Notes under the pieces: model-generated
The model's input: the letters and a program-made list of their open reading frames with translations, nothing else
Told to the model about the DNA's origin: nothing
Databases searched by the model: none
DNA from: Crocosphaera subtropica ATCC 51142
GTDB lineage: Bacteria; Cyanobacteriota; Cyanobacteriia; Cyanobacteriales; Microcystaceae
Direction: 5' to 3'
DNA length: 32,000 nucleotides
Assembly (NCBI RefSeq): GCF_000017845.1
Contig: NC_010546.1
Coordinates: forward strand, 1,530,001-1,562,000
Shown here: piece after piece, positions 8,338 to 17,815 of the stretch
Numbering within the stretch: the first letter of the stretch is position 1
How the letters are laid out: every line of letters starts with the position of its first letter
Position numbers and translations under genes: made by a program

Positions 8338-10062
8338 ATGGATATTATTGCTGGCTTAGATAAAGTTTCTTATTTTTATCCCAATTCAAAACAGCCGGTG
8401 TTAAGGGATATTTCGTTAGAGATTTATGAAGGGGAATTTTTAGGACTTATTGGTCCAACTGGTGCCGGTAAAACGACCCTTTGTTTAACATTGAATGGTA
8501 TTGTACCACAGTTTTATGGGGGTCGTTTTTTTGGTTATGTTACTGTTGCTGGTTTGGATACCTTGAAGCATCCGGTTAGTCATTTAGCTGGCTATGTTGG
8601 GGCGGTTTTTGAAGATCCAGAAACGCAATTAATTTCGACATCTGTAGAAAATGAGATCGCTTTTGCCTTGGAAAATTTATGTGTTGATCGAGATGAAATT
8701 ATAGATCGCATTCCTCATGTTTTAGAAGCCGTGAGATTAGAAGGAACAGAAAATAAACACCCTCAAGAATTATCTGGAGGACAAAAACAACGGTTAGCGA
8801 TCGCTGCGGCTTTGGCCTTACAACCTCGTTTATTAATATTAGATGAACCTACATCCCAACTCGATCCTATCGGGACAATGGAAGTGTTTTCAACCGTCAA
8901 AGAATTAAACAAAGAATTAGGGGTTACGATTGTTATGGTATCCCATGCAGCCGAAGAAATGGCCGAGTTTAGCGATCGCTTAATTTTACTCTCTGAAGGA
9001 GAAGTGATCGCCACAGGAAAACCCCATGAAATTTACTCAGAAATTGAGTTATTAGAACGTCATAATCTTCGTCCTCCTCAAGTAGCAAAAACGTTTTATG
9101 AGATTAAACAAAGAGGTTTAACTATCCCTAAAATACCGGTCACCTTAGAAGAAGGAAAAAAGGGATTAAAACAGTTACAAAATATCGCTTGTATTTCTCC
9201 TAAATTTGACTTTAAAACCATTCCTTATCGAGAGGATCAAATCCCTGTCTTATCAACGGAAAATTTAACCCATACTTATGAAGATGGAACTAAAGCATTG
9301 TATGGCATCTCTCTAAACATTTATGAGGGAGAATATTGTTTAATTATTGGACAAAATGGTGCAGGAAAAAGTACCCTTGTTAAACATTTTTTGAACTTGT
9401 TAAAACCCACTAAAGGAAGGGTGAGAATAAAAGATAAAGATACCAAAATTTTAACCGTTAGTGACTTAGCAAAATCCATCGGTTATGTAGCACAAAACCC
9501 CGATAATCAAATCTTTAGTATGACAGTAGGAGAAGAAGTCGCTTTTGCTTTAAATAATGTGGGATATGAAAAAGAAAAAATAGAAAAAAAAGTGACCCAA
9601 AGTCTCGAAGACATGGGGTTATTAGAATATAAAAAAGATCATCCCTTATCCTTACCCAAAGGTGATCGCGCTAGAATAATTATTGCTGCTATTTTAGCGA
9701 TGGAACCTGATATTATTATCTTCGATGAACCGACCACAGGACAAGATTATAAGGGATCTCGTGCTATTTTAGATGTGAGTCGTCAACTCCATCAAATGGG
9801 TAAAACCATTATTGTTATTACGCATCATTTATATTTAATGCCAGACTATACAGAACGAGTTATTTTGATGGGAAAAGGTACCGTATTATTAGATGCACCT
9901 ATTCGGCAAGCTTACCACAAAACAGACTTATTAGAATCCACTTATTTAACCCCTCCTCAAGCCGTTTTATTAGCTAAAACATTGAGTGAATTAAAGAATG
10001 AAAATTGTCTTTTATTAACCCCTAATGAACTAGCAGAGTGTTTCTATCATGATGAAGTTTGA
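8338..10062 (+). CDS. ECF transporter fused double ATPase (EcfA1-EcfA2 / CbiO-type)
   Basis: 574-aa ORF with two ABC nucleotide-binding domains. NBD1: GPTGAGKTT, LSGGQKQR, LLILDEPTSQLD. NBD2: GQNGAGKST, IIIFDEPTTGQD, but a degenerate signature (LSLPKGDRAR instead of LSGGQ). Confidence 0.92.
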   Translation: MDIIAGLDKVSYFYPNSKQPVLRDISLEIYEGEFLGLIGPTGAGKTTLCLTLNGIVPQFYGGRFFGYVTVAGLDTLKHPVSHLAGYVGAVFEDPETQLISTSVENEIAFALENLCVDRDEIIDRIPHVLEAVRLEGTENKHPQELSGGQKQRLAIAAALALQPRLLILDEPTSQLDPIGTMEVFSTVKELNKELGVTIVMVSHAAEEMAEFSDRLILLSEGEVIATGKPHEIYSEIELLERHNLRPPQVAKTFYEIKQRGLTIPKIPVTLEEGKKGLKQLQNIACISPKFDFKTIPYREDQIPVLSTENLTHTYEDGTKALYGISLNIYEGEYCLIIGQNGAGKSTLVKHFLNLLKPTKGRVRIKDKDTKILTVSDLAKSIGYVAQNPDNQIFSMTVGEEVAFALNNVGYEKEKIEKKVTQSLEDMGLLEYKKDHPLSLPKGDRARIIIAAILAMEPDIIIFDEPTTGQDYKGSRAILDVSRQLHQMGKTIIVITHHLYLMPDYTERVILMGKGTVLLDAPIRQAYHKTDLLESTYLTPPQAVLLAKTLSELKNENCLLLTPNELAECFYHDEV

Positions 10063-10900
10063 AACCGTTGAAAAAGATTCTATTTTTACTCGCTTAGATT
10101 TTCGGACAAAACTATTAATGATGGCAGTGATTACTATTATTGCATTTGTCTGGGAAAGTCCTGTAACTGGCGGAATATTAACCTTAATAGTTGGTATTTC
10201 TTGTCTGTTTGCAGGGGTAAAATTAGAATACCTCAACACTGTTTTTAAGGTGATGATTCCTTTTTATATTTTGATAATCATTGTGATGGGATTTTTTAAT
10301 GTTTCTCAAGTGCAGACATTGCTAAATACAGAGACATTAACCCCTATTTTTTCCGTTCCTGAAAATTGGTTTTGGATTGGTGGTTTAACCATGAATCAAG
10401 AAGGAATAGTTTACGGATTAAACATCGTTTTTAAAACATTAACAATGGTTTTAATTATTCCTTTAGGTATTTTTACAACCGATATCAACGACATGGTTGT
10501 AGGAATGGTAAAAGCAAAAATTCCTTATAAAGTTGTGTTTATTTTTTCATCAACATTGAGATTCTTTCCCTTATTATTAGAAGAAATACAAGGCATTTTA
10601 GAAGCGCAAAGATTACGGGGTTTAGCCTTAGAAAAAATGAGTATTTTTAAGAAAATTAGCGTTTATGCAACGATTGCTGTTCCTTTAATTTTAAATGCGA
10701 TGGCTAAATCTCAAAAATTAGAAGTTGTCTTACAATCAAAAGCATTTTCTGGTAGTTCAAAACGAACCTATTTACACGAATCAATTTTAACCCAAACGGA
10801 TTATATTTTTATAATCGGTTTTGTTTTATTGTTTATCATCGCAACTATTTTATATTTTCAATGGGGTGTCGGACAGTTTCCTTGGTTAATTTATTCATAA
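10049..10900 (+). CDS. ECF transporter transmembrane (T) component, CbiQ/EcfT family
   Basis: 283-aa polytopic ORF that overlaps the ATPase stop by 14 nt. A conserved Arg-Gly coupling-helix region is present (ILEAQRLRGLAL). Confidence 0.85.
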   Translation: MMKFETVEKDSIFTRLDFRTKLLMMAVITIIAFVWESPVTGGILTLIVGISCLFAGVKLEYLNTVFKVMIPFYILIIIVMGFFNVSQVQTLLNTETLTPIFSVPENWFWIGGLTMNQEGIVYGLNIVFKTLTMVLIIPLGIFTTDINDMVVGMVKAKIPYKVVFIFSSTLRFFPLLLEEIQGILEAQRLRGLALEKMSIFKKISVYATIAVPLILNAMAKSQKLEVVLQSKAFSGSSKRTYLHESILTQTDYIFIIGFVLLFIIATILYFQWGVGQFPWLIYS

Positions 10901-10907
10901 AAAATTG

Positions 10908-10934
10908 TAGGGGTTTAGCAATGCTAAACCCTTA
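10908..10934 (+). other. Hairpin-forming palindrome downstream of ecfT
   Basis: TAGGGGTTTAG CAATG CTAAACCCTTA. The stem is GGGTTTAG/CTAAACCC, extended by A-T and G-U pairs. There is no clear T-tract, so a terminator role is uncertain. Confidence 0.4.
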
Positions 10935-10952
10935 ACCCCAGTAAAAAAATAA

Positions 10953-10980
10953 TAGAATGAGGGCTATTTCTCTCATTCTA
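10953..10980 (-). terminator. Probable terminator for the convergent minus-strand gene 11026..11388
   Basis: A perfect 9-bp stem pairs TAGAATGAG (10953-10961) with CTCATTCTA (10972-10980). Read on the minus strand, the hairpin is followed by a T-run (plus-strand A-run 10944-10950). Confidence 0.5.
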
Positions 10981-11025
10981 CTTATCTAGAAATGTATTAA
11001 ATTGTTATATGGATGACGTTTTCTC

Positions 11026-11388
11026 TTAAAAATTACGAAAGCTTTGGAGTCTGAGATCAACCAAATCAAGGTAACCTTTATCATACAAAGTATTAGGAGA
11101 AACTCTACCTTCAGCAATAGCAGCAGTTACGAGGATTTCTGCGTTAACTTTTCCAGACATAACAGAACGAACAAGTCCTCCATGACTAGGAATACCTTGA
11201 TTTTTCAAAGATCCTTGATAGGCTAATTGAACAAGACTGGTTGCACCTAAACTATTAGTCGTTGTGTGATAATTACGATTAGAATCGAGATTAAGGTTAA
11301 TGGCAACATCTTCAGAAGATAATGCAGGAGAAGCTAAATTAAGCAACATAGCAGTAGAAAAACCACTAGCAATGATATATTTGATCAT
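11026..11388 (-). CDS. Hypothetical exported protein
   Basis: 120-aa ORF with a signal-peptide-like N-terminus (MIKYIIASGFSTAMLLNLASPALS). No recognised domain. Confidence 0.5.
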   Translation of the reverse strand: MIKYIIASGFSTAMLLNLASPALSSEDVAINLNLDSNRNYHTTTNSLGATSLVQLAYQGSLKNQGIPSHGGLVRSVMSGKVNAEILVTAAIAEGRVSPNTLYDKGYLDLVDLRLQSFRNF

Positions 11389-11585
11389 AGAGACTGGTTC
11401 CTAGAACTGGCAAGAATTAGAAGATACTATTTAACTTACAATGGTTAACTGAGCCTTTTCTTCATTCAATGGGATGAACAATAATAACCAATAGGATGAA
11501 CCAAGATAGCATTACGCATAATAATAGTCTGTCGATATATCGTTATGACTGGTTAACTCATGATAAATATCAAATAATTTTAACC

Positions 11586-12122
11586 ATGAATTTACCCACT
11601 TGGATCACAGTTTCTCGTTTAATAGGACTTCCTTTTTTGTTCTATTTTCTCAACACGCCTACCTCTTTTCATCGTTGGATATGCGTGGTTATTTTCCTCA
11701 TTGCAGCGTCAACAGACTGGGTAGATGGTTATTTAGCTAGAAAATTAAATCAAGTCACTGAATTAGGCAAATTTCTTGACCCTTTGGTGGATAAATTATT
11801 AGTCCTTGCACCCCTTTTAATTTTAAATTCTCTGCAACAAGTTCCTGCTTGGGGTGTGTTTTTAATATTAGGCCGAGAAATAGCGATCGCAGGATGGCGT
11901 ATTAACCCCAACTTAACTGGAAATACTACCATTCAAGGAGCAAATATCTGGGGAAAATTGAAAACCGTCAGCCAAATAACGGCCATCGCACTGTTGATCG
12001 CACCCCTACCCCAACCCTGGGAAACCATTTCTATTATGGTATTTTGGCTATCTGTGGTCTTAACTTTAGTTTCTGGGATGATTTACCTACTTCCTACAAA
12101 TAGCCCTGAAAAGATAAACTAG
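11586..12122 (+). CDS. pgsA: CDP-diacylglycerol--glycerol-3-phosphate 3-phosphatidyltransferase
   Basis: CDP-alcohol phosphatidyltransferase motif DWVDGYLARKLNQVTELGKFLDPLVDKLL. Start set at ATG 11586 (MNLPTWITVSRL), which matches normal PgsA N-termini. The track's 30-aa upstream extension is unlikely to be real. Confidence 0.85.
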   Translation: MNLPTWITVSRLIGLPFLFYFLNTPTSFHRWICVVIFLIAASTDWVDGYLARKLNQVTELGKFLDPLVDKLLVLAPLLILNSLQQVPAWGVFLILGREIAIAGWRINPNLTGNTTIQGANIWGKLKTVSQITAIALLIAPLPQPWETISIMVFWLSVVLTLVSGMIYLLPTNSPEKIN

Positions 12123-12147
12123 AAACGTTAAGAAAATATAATTAAAC

Positions 12148-13668
12148 ATGACTGGGAAATCAACGGCGATCGCAACACAAGACTACGATGTTATCATCAT
12201 TGGTTCAGGAATGGGGGGGTTAGTCACAGCCACCCAACTCGCTGCAAAAGGGGCCAAAGTATTAGTGTTAGAAAAGTATTTAATTCCTGGGGGAAGTGCC
12301 GGTTATTTTGAACGGGAAGGTTATCATTTTGATGTAGGTGCATCCATGATTTTTGGTTTTGGCAAGGAAGGTACAACCAACCTATTAACCCGTGCTTTAG
12401 ATGCTGTTAACGTCAGCCTAGAAACCATCCCCGATCCTGTACAAATACATTACCATTTACCTAACAATTTAGAGCTAAAAGTACACAAAAATTATGATAA
12501 ATTTATTGACGAATTAACCGCTAAATTTCCCCATGAAAAGAAAGGAATTCGTCGCTTTTATGATGAGTGCTGGAAAGTTTTTAATTGTCTTAATGCAATG
12601 GAATTACTTTCTTTAGAAGAACCTAGGTACTTGATGAGAGTGTTTTTCCAGCATCCTTTTGCCTGTTTAGGGTTAGTGAAATATTTACCTCAAAATGTAG
12701 GGGATATTGCCCGTCGTTACATCAGTGATCCTGAACTTTTAAACTTCATTGATATGGAATGTTATTGCTGGTCAGTGGTTCCTGCGGATAAAACCCCAAT
12801 GATCAATGCTGGTATGGTATTTTCAGATCGGCATTATGGAGGAATCAATTATCCCAAAGGAGGAGTCGGAACCATTGCAGAAAAATTAGTAGAAGGGTTA
12901 GAAAAGTTGGGAGGAGAAATTCAATATAAAGCCCGTGTTACTAACATTTTAATGGAAACAGGAAAAGCGGTCGGAGTCCGATTAGCCAATGGAAAAGAAT
13001 ATCGGGCAAAACGCATTGTTTCCAATGCCACTCGTTGGGATACCTTTGAAAAATTGTTGCCTAAAAATGAGATGCCTACAAAAGAAGAAAAATGGCAACA
13101 ACGCTATGAAAAATCCCCTAGTTTTCTGAGTCTTCATTTAGGAGTTAAATCTGATATTTTACCGATAGGAACTGAATGTCATCATATTCTCTTAGAACAA
13201 TGGGAAGCGATGGAAGATGAACAAGGAACCATTTTTGTCTCAATTCCTACCCTTCTTGATCCCAGTTTAGCACCAGAAGATCATCACATAATTCATACCT
13301 TCACCCCTAGTTATATGAAAGAATGGGAAGGACTTTCTTCTCAAGCGTATCACCATAAAAAGGAAGCAGCAGCCAGTCATTTAGTTGAACGATTAGAAAA
13401 GATTTTTCCTGGATTAATTGAAGGGTTAGACTATCAAGAAGTTGGAACCCCACGCACTCACCGACGCTTTTTAGGTCGAGATCAAGGGACTTATGGACCA
13501 ATTCCCCGTCGCAAGTTACCAGGGTTGTTAGGAATGCCTTTTAATCGCACTGTTATCCCTGGATTATACTGTGTAGGAGATAGTACCTTTCCAGGTCAAG
13601 GACTCAATGCTGTGGCTTTTTCTGGGTTTGCTTGTAGCCATCGTATTGCTGTCGATTTAGGGTTATAG
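12148..13668 (+). CDS. crtH: Carotenoid (prolycopene) cis-trans isomerase
   Basis: 506-aa ORF. It is collinear with plant CRTISO and cyanobacterial CrtH as I recall them: [100 protein letters not shown]. Confidence 0.92.
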   Translation: MTGKSTAIATQDYDVIIIGSGMGGLVTATQLAAKGAKVLVLEKYLIPGGSAGYFEREGYHFDVGASMIFGFGKEGTTNLLTRALDAVNVSLETIPDPVQIHYHLPNNLELKVHKNYDKFIDELTAKFPHEKKGIRRFYDECWKVFNCLNAMELLSLEEPRYLMRVFFQHPFACLGLVKYLPQNVGDIARRYISDPELLNFIDMECYCWSVVPADKTPMINAGMVFSDRHYGGINYPKGGVGTIAEKLVEGLEKLGGEIQYKARVTNILMETGKAVGVRLANGKEYRAKRIVSNATRWDTFEKLLPKNEMPTKEEKWQQRYEKSPSFLSLHLGVKSDILPIGTECHHILLEQWEAMEDEQGTIFVSIPTLLDPSLAPEDHHIIHTFTPSYMKEWEGLSSQAYHHKKEAAASHLVERLEKIFPGLIEGLDYQEVGTPRTHRRFLGRDQGTYGPIPRRKLPGLLGMPFNRTVIPGLYCVGDSTFPGQGLNAVAFSGFACSHRIAVDLGL

Positions 13669-13939
13669 GTCTTAACAATTCATTGTTATATTTATTTGCA
13701 GTTCTTTAAGTGAATCTACCCTTGAAGAATACAGACTTATTGTTGATGATAAGTATATGTTGGTATTTTCTAAAGTTTAGAGTTAATCATGTTTTTTATC
13801 AGTTAAGATGGAAATTGAAACTAACTACCAAAATAAAAGTGATCTTTATTTTTGCTAACCATGTAATTGATTTAAAAAAAGATAGTGTGAATTTTTATGA
13901 GACAATTCAATTTTTTATTAATAAAGTGCTGTTAGTACA

Positions 13940-15316
13940 ATGTTACATTCTAACCAAAATAATAATGTCGAGAAATCCCTGCTTAAAGAAATCCTAAACC
14001 CATCAAATTATGATACAAATCTACAAAACATCACTCAGATAATTGCCGATTTTTTCTTAGTAGATTTTTGTCTAATTATTTCTGATTTCAATCATTTAAG
14101 GTATTTTTATAACTTAAGAAATTCTCATGCCAATAATTTTAAAATTTCTCCAAGCAAACTATCTAATTTAATACAAATTCCTTGGATAATAGAATTAAGA
14201 AGTGAGTCAAGATTAAAATCAATTAGAGACTTAAACCACAAAAAATATCAAAAATTGTTACCTTTTTTTGAAGAAATTGGAATCAAGACTTTATTAGGAA
14301 AAAATACTAACTTTAAAGGACAAACCAATGGCATTATTATTTTAGGTAAACAAGATCCTCATCAATGGAGTCAGAAAGAGAAAACAAAATTAAACGAAGT
14401 AGCTAAGATTGTTGGTATTTTATGTCATTTAAGTCAAGTGAACATGATTCTTGATGAAAAAAATCTTAGTAAAGATTCATCCTTTTCTCTAAGCAATATC
14501 CCTAAACTTCTAGAAGAAAATCCCATTCTGAAACTATGGTGGCAAAGTACAAGAAAACAATTAGAAAAACAATTAGAGTGGAATAGAAAAGTTATTTATA
14601 ATATGATCACTATTATGAGTGATCAAACTCGTAATCCCTTAGCTATTATTAAAATGGGAATTACGATTTTACAAACTAGAGAATTGTCTTCAGAAGATTT
14701 CAACAAAAGAATAACAATGTTAGAAGAAGCCTGGAGTAATCTAAACGAGATTAATGAAAAAATATTACAACTAAAACATTTAAAATCCCAAAATCTTTAC
14801 TCTAACTTAGTTGACACTAATTTAAAAGAATTGATTGAAAAGATCACTAAGTCTTATTCAAAGCAATGGCAGGAAGACTCTAAAAAATCTATAAAATTGA
14901 CCACAAATTTCAATATTAACCAAGAGGAATTAATCAATACAGATATTCAACATCTAACCTATATTATAGAAGAACTATTAACAAATGCCAGTAAATTTTC
15001 AGTCCCTAACTCCACTGTGACTTTATCAGTTACCCAAGAAAATGACACTAATAACTCAGAGATTATTATCACCTTTTCTAATATTAGTGAGTATGGTTGC
15101 CAAGACAATATAAATGAATTTTTTGAACCGTTTTATCGAGAGCAAATTGTCATAGATACGGCCATTCCTGGTATTGGAGTTGGACTGAATATTGTTAAAG
15201 ATTTAGTAGGACTACTCCAGGGAAAAATTAGCGTTGATTGCCTTCCCACAGAAAACCCTAAACATTGTAAAATTGTATTTAGATTGGTTCTTCCTCAATC
15301 ATTATCCTCATCATAA
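13940..15316 (+). CDS. GAF + histidine-kinase-like protein with degenerate H-box and G1 box (likely pseudo-kinase)
   Basis: 458-aa ORF. The N-terminus is GAF-like (FLVDFCLIIS...GIKTLLGK...NGIIILGKQDPHQWSQKEKTKL). The DHp-like segment reads IMSDQTRNPLAII where kinases have SHELRTPL, so His is replaced by Asp. N-box ELLTNASKFS, F-box FEPFYR and G2 GIGVGLNIVK are present. The G1 DxGxG position reads SNISEYG. Confidence 0.75.
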   Translation: MLHSNQNNNVEKSLLKEILNPSNYDTNLQNITQIIADFFLVDFCLIISDFNHLRYFYNLRNSHANNFKISPSKLSNLIQIPWIIELRSESRLKSIRDLNHKKYQKLLPFFEEIGIKTLLGKNTNFKGQTNGIIILGKQDPHQWSQKEKTKLNEVAKIVGILCHLSQVNMILDEKNLSKDSSFSLSNIPKLLEENPILKLWWQSTRKQLEKQLEWNRKVIYNMITIMSDQTRNPLAIIKMGITILQTRELSSEDFNKRITMLEEAWSNLNEINEKILQLKHLKSQNLYSNLVDTNLKELIEKITKSYSKQWQEDSKKSIKLTTNFNINQEELINTDIQHLTYIIEELLTNASKFSVPNSTVTLSVTQENDTNNSEIIITFSNISEYGCQDNINEFFEPFYREQIVIDTAIPGIGVGLNIVKDLVGLLQGKISVDCLPTENPKHCKIVFRLVLPQSLSSS

Positions 15317-15328
15317 TTTAAAGGTTGT

Positions 15329-17011
15329 ATGCTAACGAAACGCGGTTCCTCTAAGTCACTGCGCTGGCAACATTCTCCATATTCGGCCATGGGTCGTCAA
15401 TGGGAAGTTTTCTTATTTACGTTTCAATTTTTACTCTTTCTATTATGGGATAAATTCTTAAGAAATAATAGTTCAAAACAACGGCAAAAAAGAGCAAGAT
15501 GGTTAGTTAAAAATTTGCTGCAATTAGGACCTACATTTATTAAAATTGGTCAATCTTTATCCACTCGTGCCGATTTAATTCCTTTAGAGTATATTCAAGA
15601 ATTAAGTCAACTTCAAGATAATGTTCCTCCATTTAGTACCGAGGAAGCGATCGCCATGATTGAAACAGAGTTAGGTCAACCTATTTATGATTTATTTGAC
15701 AGTTTTGAAACAGAACCCTTAGCCTCAGCCAGTTTAGGACAAGTTCATAGGGCAAAATTATATACAGGTAAAGAAGTTGTTGTTAAAGTACAAAGACCTG
15801 GATTAGAAAAAATATTTAATTTAGATTTTGAGGTTGTTCACCGTTTAATTCGTATCTTAACTCGATATTTTCAGTCCTTTAAAAAGTATAATTTAGAAGC
15901 GATTTACGAAGAATTTTTTGAACTGTTATTCCAAGAAATTGACTATATTCATGAAGGAAAAAATGCAGAAAGATTTCGTGATAATTTCCGAGGTTATTCT
16001 CAAATAAAAGTACCTAAAATTTACTGGAAATATAGCACCAAGAAAATTTTAACTTTAGAGTATTTACCAGGAATCAAAGTGGATGATCGAGCCGCATTAG
16101 AAGCGAATAATGTTAATTTAGATCGAGTAATTCAATTAGGAATCTGCTCTTATTTAAAACAGTTATTAATCGATGGTTTTTTTCAGTCTGATCCTCATCC
16201 TGGAAACATGGCAGTGAATCAACGGGGAGAACTAATTTTTTATGATTTTGGAACCATGGCCGAAGTTAAAACTTTTGCCAAAGATCAAATGATTCAAGTA
16301 TTTTTTGCTATCTTAAAAAAGGATACAGATAAAGTAGTTGACAATCTAGTTTACATGGGTTTAATTGAACCCTTAAACGATATGACTCCGGTGAAAAGAA
16401 TTGTCTCTTTTTTATTGGAGAATTTTCGTGATAAACCGGTTGATGTTCGTGCTTTTGAACAGATCAGTGATGAAGTGTATCTAATGTTCAAAAGTCAACC
16501 GTTTCGCTTACCCCCACAAATGACTTTTATCCTCAAATCTTTGACTACTTTAGATGGTATCGCTAGAGCATTAGACCCTGAGTATAATTTATTAGCAGCT
16601 AGTCAACCCTTCGTTAAGAATTTAGCCTTAAGTGGTAGTCGAGGTAGTTTAGTTACAGCAATCATTAAACAAGCAAAAGGTGTTATTAAAGATACTCTCA
16701 GTCAACCCAATACATCCGAGAAGTTTCTTAGAGGTTTAGAGGAAAGAATAGATAGAGGAGAATTACAGTTTAGAATTCGCTCTCTAGAAAGTGAAAGAGT
16801 ATTAAAACGTATTAATTTAGGAATAAAAAGTTTGATTTATGCCTGTTTGACTGGGTTTGCCTTATTGTCAGCATCTATTTTAATGACAACAATTTACATT
16901 AAATTTGCTTTAATTTGTTTTGGTTTTGCAGGACTTTTTAGTTTGTTTTTGTTTAAGTCCTTACTTTCTTTAATGCTACAAGAGAAAGTTGATAGATTAT
17001 TAGAGAAATAA
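15329..17011 (+). CDS. ABC1/UbiB-family atypical protein kinase
   Basis: 560-aa ORF with motifs GPTFIKIGQSLSTRADL, PLASASLGQVHRAKL, VVKVQRPG, EIDYIHEGKNAERF, FFQSDPHPGN, YDFG. It has a C-terminal hydrophobic tail. Confidence 0.9.
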   Translation: MLTKRGSSKSLRWQHSPYSAMGRQWEVFLFTFQFLLFLLWDKFLRNNSSKQRQKRARWLVKNLLQLGPTFIKIGQSLSTRADLIPLEYIQELSQLQDNVPPFSTEEAIAMIETELGQPIYDLFDSFETEPLASASLGQVHRAKLYTGKEVVVKVQRPGLEKIFNLDFEVVHRLIRILTRYFQSFKKYNLEAIYEEFFELLFQEIDYIHEGKNAERFRDNFRGYSQIKVPKIYWKYSTKKILTLEYLPGIKVDDRAALEANNVNLDRVIQLGICSYLKQLLIDGFFQSDPHPGNMAVNQRGELIFYDFGTMAEVKTFAKDQMIQVFFAILKKDTDKVVDNLVYMGLIEPLNDMTPVKRIVSFLLENFRDKPVDVRAFEQISDEVYLMFKSQPFRLPPQMTFILKSLTTLDGIARALDPEYNLLAASQPFVKNLALSGSRGSLVTAIIKQAKGVIKDTLSQPNTSEKFLRGLEERIDRGELQFRIRSLESERVLKRINLGIKSLIYACLTGFALLSASILMTTIYIKFALICFGFAGLFSLFLFKSLLSLMLQEKVDRLLEK

Positions 17012-17250
17012 AGGCATAACCTATGAATATGTCTGATCAGCAGGGGGATTTTCCTATCGTTTTTGAATTTTTGCAGATGCTAGTTATGTATTTTTACTTA
17101 CAATATATAAAAACCTATGTCAAGTATATGTAATACTTATTTGCAGAACGTAAAAAAAAGTTACATAATAGAAAGGGAAAAGAGCAAGGCACTTTAAAAA
17201 CGCCTCACTCTCAACTAACTATCAAGTGTACAAAGATTCCAAGAGAAATC

Positions 17251-17736
17251 ATGGTATATACAGCACCCAATTTTAACACTCAGGCTATTGATGTTACTTC
17301 TGTCACCGAGCAATTTCAAAGCCTCAGCACCGATGATAAGCTAGGTTTACTTTGGGTAGCTTATACAGAAATTGGACGCTCCATTACGCCAGCAGCACCT
17401 GGTGCAGCCCGTTTACAGTTTGCTCAAGGGCTAATTGACCAGATTAAAAATATGTCCCAAGATCAGCAACTGCAAGCAATGCGGGACTTAGCGAACAAAG
17501 TTAGTACTCCTGTTACCCGTGCTTATGGTGTTCTGACCAATAACACTAAATTAGCCTTCTGGTATCAATTAGCTGAATTAATGGAAGCAGGAGTTGTAAT
17601 TCCTGTTCCCCCTTCTTATCAGTTAACTGAAAAAGCAAACAACACCTTACTTGCTATTCAGAGTCTCGACTTTAACCAACAAATTACTGTTTTACGCAAT
17701 GCAGTTTGTGACATGGGTATCGATCCCCTAGCATAG
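17251..17736 (+). CDS. Helical carotenoid protein (stand-alone homologue of the orange carotenoid protein N-terminal domain)
   Basis: 161-aa ORF collinear with the OCP N-terminal domain: DDKLGLLWVAYTEIGRSITPAAPGAA, AMRDLANKVSTPVTRAY, KLAFWYQLAELMEAGVVIPVPPSYQL, QQITVLRNAVCDMG. It has no NTF2-like C-terminal domain. Confidence 0.9.
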   Translation: MVYTAPNFNTQAIDVTSVTEQFQSLSTDDKLGLLWVAYTEIGRSITPAAPGAARLQFAQGLIDQIKNMSQDQQLQAMRDLANKVSTPVTRAYGVLTNNTKLAFWYQLAELMEAGVVIPVPPSYQLTEKANNTLLAIQSLDFNQQITVLRNAVCDMGIDPLA

Positions 17737-17762
17737 CATTTTTCCCTAATCTCCTAACAGCA

Positions 17763-17790
17763 AAAGAGCAGAAAATCTGCTCTTTTTTTT
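17763..17790 (+). terminator. Rho-independent terminator after the HCP gene
   Basis: AAAGAGCAG AAAAT CTGCTCTTT followed by TTTTT. The 9-bp stem is perfect. Confidence 0.8.
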
Positions 17791-17815
17791 ATATAGCCAG
17801 TTAAATAAGTCGTAA

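Noticed and set aside
13710-13997. A 95-aa ORF upstream of, and overlapping, the kinase-like gene.
   Set aside because: It lies in an extremely AT-rich promoter region, where open frames arise easily once the few stop triplets are avoided. The sequence is Phe/Ile/Lys/Asn-biased, it starts with GTG, and it has no motif.
17088-17101. An NtcA-type GTA-N8-TAC motif (GTATTTTTACTTAC) 150 nt upstream of the HCP start.
   Set aside because: I could not find a properly spaced TAN3T -10 box about 22 nt downstream. By my rough estimate, a 6-base-specified motif in a 240-nt AT-rich spacer has a several-percent chance of occurring at random. It would be worth testing only if transcription start site data place a start about 35 nt downstream.
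17023-17133. Small intergenic ORFs: 36 aa at 17023-17133 and 43 aa at 2407-2538.
   Set aside because: Neither has a convincing Shine-Dalgarno, recognisable motif or terminator. Both lie in AT-rich promoter-type regions.
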